DNA of 63,258 nt, the filler included, from Stramenopiles sp. TOSAG23-3 (lineage: Eukaryota), in the NCBI GenBank assembly GCA_900128585.1. It is 2 parts of 2 records of this genome, joined end to end, with 100 filler letters (N's around TTAATTAATTAA, not from the genome) between each part and the next. Parts side by side here need not be neighbours in the genome. Positions count along the whole stretch, not along the records: positions 31,793 to 63,258 come from LT642222.1; 1 more part is not named here. One strand, written 5' to 3'. Under the pieces are notes generated by a model. It saw only the letters and a program-made list of their open reading frames with translations. It was not told the origin of the DNA and searched no databases. The position numbers were made by a program, and so were the translations under genes. The number at the start of each line of letters is the position of its first letter. Within the stretch, counting starts at the first letter, position 1. This document shows positions 60,508-63,258 of this stretch, one piece after another.

Positions 60508-63120
60508 ATGAGCGGAGAAAACGGTGTGGTTAAAACGCCGCAGAATGCGAGGGGGCGGGCGAACAGTCGAGCGACGGAGGGCACGGATTCTGTGACCCAG
60601 GCCGACCTGTCCGAGTTCAACAATGCAGAAGCCTCCACTATCTCCCAGGAACTCTCCAAGCTCCTGTCCGTGGAAGACGTCGGGCCAGTCGGCGGCCAAC
60701 ACGACGACGAGATGTTTGCGATGGACTTGGACGAGGGAAAGGGTGGGTTTGGCCTCCCGGACTCGGTCAATACGATGGCCCTGCCGTCCCCAATCCCGAA
60801 GAAGGGGGAGGGGGAGGCCCTCGCCCCCACGACCGTCGTCGGGAAGCCCGGCCCGTTCCGCCGACTCTCAAGGTCTTCTGTGGACAGGTCCAGCTTTCAC
60901 CTCGCCGCAGAACCTATCGGGCCGAGGAATTTCGAACTTCTCTGCGTCCTTGGGCGAGGGGCGTTCGGCAAAGTTGTCCAGGCCAAGCACCGGGGGACCG
61001 GGCAGATCTATGCGCTCAAGATAACCGGGAAGGAGTTCCTCCACAACAAGTCCGCAATCGACTGCACGATTGAGGAGAGGGACGCGCTGACCCAGGTCGT
61101 GCACCCATTTTTGGTCAAGCTCCTCGCCACCTTTCAGACCAAGTCCAAAGTGTACCTGGTCATGGAGTACCTGATCGGCGGGGAACTCTTCTCGAGGCTG
61201 GAGAACCGGGCGTTTTTTGTAGAGTCCGAGGCCCGCTTCTACGCCGCCGAGGTCGTCCTTGCGATCGAGTACCTCCACAGCCTTGGAATTATCCACCGCG
61301 ACCTGAAGCCAGAGAACGTTCTCTTGGACGCCCAGGGGCACATTCGAATCACCGACTTTGGCCTTGCAAAGACGACCAAGAAGGCGGGGGGGGGTGCGAA
61401 GGAGGGCGAGGCCCCGTGCAAGACGATCTGCGGGACTGATGAGTACATGGCCCCGGAGATGATCAAGGGGGCACGGTACGGAAAATCTGTCGACTGGTGG
61501 GCCTTCGGCTGCCTTGTATTTGAAATGTCCACCGGGAACGCGCCCTTTCGCGACAAGAGCAGGAAAAAGCTCCACGAGAAAATTTTGCACAGAAAGCCGG
61601 TGTTTCCGACCTACCTCTCCGGGAACACGGTCTCATTTTTGAAAATGCTCCTCCAGCGCAACCCAGAGCAGCGGCTGGGGTCGCAAAAGTCCACCATGTT
61701 TGAAGTGAAAGGCGTCACGGCACTGAAGAACCATCGTTTTTTTGACGGGACAGACTGGCACAAGGTCTATACAAAGCAGCGGGATGCCCCGCACGTACCG
61801 ACCGTCCAGGGGGAGCTGGACACGTCCAATTTTGACGAATCTTTCACCCAGTCGTCCGTCATAGACTCGCCCAGGAGCTCGTTCACCATCAAAGGCAAGG
61901 ATGGGCGCTCCGAGAGCCCGTCCAAACTGTTTCGGGGCTTCTCCTGGCAGGATCCACTGTTCATAGAAATGCACAGCAAGAGAGAGCGGGGGAACAGCAT
62001 GAACTCCGACGGGGACGAGGCGATCAACGACCACAACCTGCCCGGGGAGGACGACGTCGTCCTTGTGATGGACAGGCAGGGGGGAAAGCCCCGCCCAGGC
62101 ACCGGAAAGAAGAAGAAGAAGAAGGCCGCGGACACCATGGCCCTCAAGATATGCTCGGCGTGCCACAAGGAGCTTGCGGGGAGCATGTTTACAAAGTCTC
62201 AGCACAAGCGAGGAACCCGCAGGATATGCATGGCATGCGTAGCTGCAGGAAAGACTTCCCGGCCGTTCCCCGAGGAAACGCCGATTCAACAGGCCGCGCC
62301 CGAAGAGGCCAAAGAGGTTGCAGAGGAGGAGGAGAAGAAGGACTGCCAGGACGGCGGGCAGCCCTCGACGGGCGCCCCGGCAACTTCCCCTATCGTGCGG
62401 CAGAGCAGCAATGGGAGGAGGACACTGGCAGCAATGGCAGAGGCGAACGCCGCAGCCGCCCGGGAAAAGCAGGCGACCCCTGTCTCGCCGCTGAGTGCGG
62501 ACGTTCCCGCGTGGAAACCGCCGAGGCTTCGGGCGGACGTCCCAGCATGGAAGCCAAGGTTTAAGGCCAACGCGCCTGCATGGACACCTTCGACGACTCA
62601 GGTGCATCCAAAGCCAGCGCCTTCTTCCGCAGCCTGCCCTGCGTGGGGAAAAAAGCCAATGGCAGCCTCCCTTACGCCCATGGTCAGACGGACACAGGAA
62701 ACGGAGCGAGCGAAGTCGCCGCAGGAAAGTACAAGCAGTCCGCCAGCTCGTCCTGCGTGGGGAAAAGATCCGGCAAAGCCAGCGCCCACGGAGCCTTCTT
62801 CCGCATCCCGCCCTGCGTGGGGAAGACCACAACCAAAGCCAGCGCCTTCTTCCGCAGCCCGCCCTGCGTGGGGGAAAAAGCCAATTGCAGCTTCCCCTAC
62901 GCCCATGGTCAGACGGACACAGGAAACGGAGCGAGCGAAGTCGCCGAAGGAGAGTACAAGTAGTACGCCAGCTCGTCCTGCGTGGGGAAAAGACCCAGCA
63001 AAGCCAGCGCCTGAACCTGTCGCGTTTGCGGTCAACGATTTTCCCACCCTTGGGGGAAAATCGAAACAAACCCCAAAACCAGAGGTGAATTCCGTATGGG
63101 GGAAGAAGAAGTGGGCGTAG
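60508..63120 (+). CDS. AGC-family ribosomal S6 kinase-like protein kinase with extended C-terminal tail
   Basis: TOS-like FAMDL; LGRGAFGKV, HRDLKPEN, TDFGLAK, TICGTDEYMAPE, VDWWAFG; turn motif VIDSP; hydrophobic motif FRGFSW; start at ATG 60508. Confidence 0.9.
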   Translation: MSGENGVVKTPQNARGRANSRATEGTDSVTQADLSEFNNAEASTISQELSKLLSVEDVGPVGGQHDDEMFAMDLDEGKGGFGLPDSVNTMALPSPIPKKGEGEALAPTTVVGKPGPFRRLSRSSVDRSSFHLAAEPIGPRNFELLCVLGRGAFGKVVQAKHRGTGQIYALKITGKEFLHNKSAIDCTIEERDALTQVVHPFLVKLLATFQTKSKVYLVMEYLIGGELFSRLENRAFFVESEARFYAAEVVLAIEYLHSLGIIHRDLKPENVLLDAQGHIRITDFGLAKTTKKAGGGAKEGEAPCKTICGTDEYMAPEMIKGARYGKSVDWWAFGCLVFEMSTGNAPFRDKSRKKLHEKILHRKPVFPTYLSGNTVSFLKMLLQRNPEQRLGSQKSTMFEVKGVTALKNHRFFDGTDWHKVYTKQRDAPHVPTVQGELDTSNFDESFTQSSVIDSPRSSFTIKGKDGRSESPSKLFRGFSWQDPLFIEMHSKRERGNSMNSDGDEAINDHNLPGEDDVVLVMDRQGGKPRPGTGKKKKKKAADTMALKICSACHKELAGSMFTKSQHKRGTRRICMACVAAGKTSRPFPEETPIQQAAPEEAKEVAEEEEKKDCQDGGQPSTGAPATSPIVRQSSNGRRTLAAMAEANAAAAREKQATPVSPLSADVPAWKPPRLRADVPAWKPRFKANAPAWTPSTTQVHPKPAPSSAACPAWGKKPMAASLTPMVRRTQETERAKSPQESTSSPPARPAWGKDPAKPAPTEPSSASRPAWGRPQPKPAPSSAARPAWGKKPIAASPTPMVRRTQETERAKSPKESTSSTPARPAWGKDPAKPAPEPVAFAVNDFPTLGGKSKQTPKPEVNSVWGKKKWA
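62608..63013 (+). repeat. In-frame 225-nt-period tandem duplication in the kinase tail
   Basis: ccaaagccagcgccttcttccgcagcc...gcaaagccagcgcc starts at 62608 and again at 62833 with few substitutions. Confidence 0.92.
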
Positions 63121-63258
63121 AAGAGAAGGACAGAGATATTTAAGATATTATAAGACGAGGTTAACGTTAACTGGAGTACGCAAGAGGAAGATAGTGTGTA
63201 GATTAAACGATAAATGTAAATCGATCAACCAACCTTCCCCTGTATTATTTTCCAAAAA

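Noticed and set aside
62608..63013. Kinase-tail repeats as a CRISPR-like or mobile array
   Set aside because: They are an in-frame coding duplication with no repeat-spacer structure, in a eukaryotic context.
6476..63120. A clustered RNA-directed chromatin-silencing system (helicase + E(z) + ARP6 + Stc1/WG kinase)
   Set aside because: The kinase is on a different contig, beyond the artificial linker. The other genes are interspersed with unrelated housekeeping genes, and there is no Argonaute, Dicer or RdRP in the window.
1..63258. Alternative genetic code or selenocysteine readthrough
   Set aside because: Conserved proteins translate fully with the standard code, TAA, TAG and TGA all serve as stops, and I saw no in-frame TGA at a conserved Cys position.

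Overview
Eukaryotic nuclear DNA from a gene-dense, intron-poor, flagellated unicellular organism. A heterotrophic stramenopile-like protist is my guess and is not demonstrated. About 21 protein genes with moderately GC-rich coding sequence are separated by very AT-rich, microsatellite-rich spacers. The window is not one contiguous locus: an artificial N44-TTAATTAATTAA-N44 six-frame-stop linker at 31693-31792 joins two contigs and truncates ARP6. Recognisable genes are PIG-M, a PpiC-type parvulin, a UPF1-like helicase, an E(z)/EZH H3K27 methyltransferase, an outer-arm dynein heavy chain, ARP6, a two-exon SYS1-like gene, PDAP1/PP28-SAP, syntaxin-6, a penicillin/AHL-acylase-family Ntn hydrolase, RNF10, pantothenate kinase, UBTD, a TPPP-like protein and an S6K-like kinase. 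The most unusual items are: (1) an S6K-type kinase with a TOS-like motif and a tail carrying an Stc1-like zinc finger, three PAM2-like motifs, six WG motifs and an FPxL motif; (2) an E(z) with an N-terminal Sin3-type PAH domain; (3) a membrane-anchored bacterial-type S45 acylase; (4) an apparent permuted-papain pseudoenzyme with inserted EF-hands. Smaller items include an LRR pseudogene relic, dispersed intergenic repeats and a homopolymer frameshift. All domain calls come from reading motifs by eye; no searches were run.
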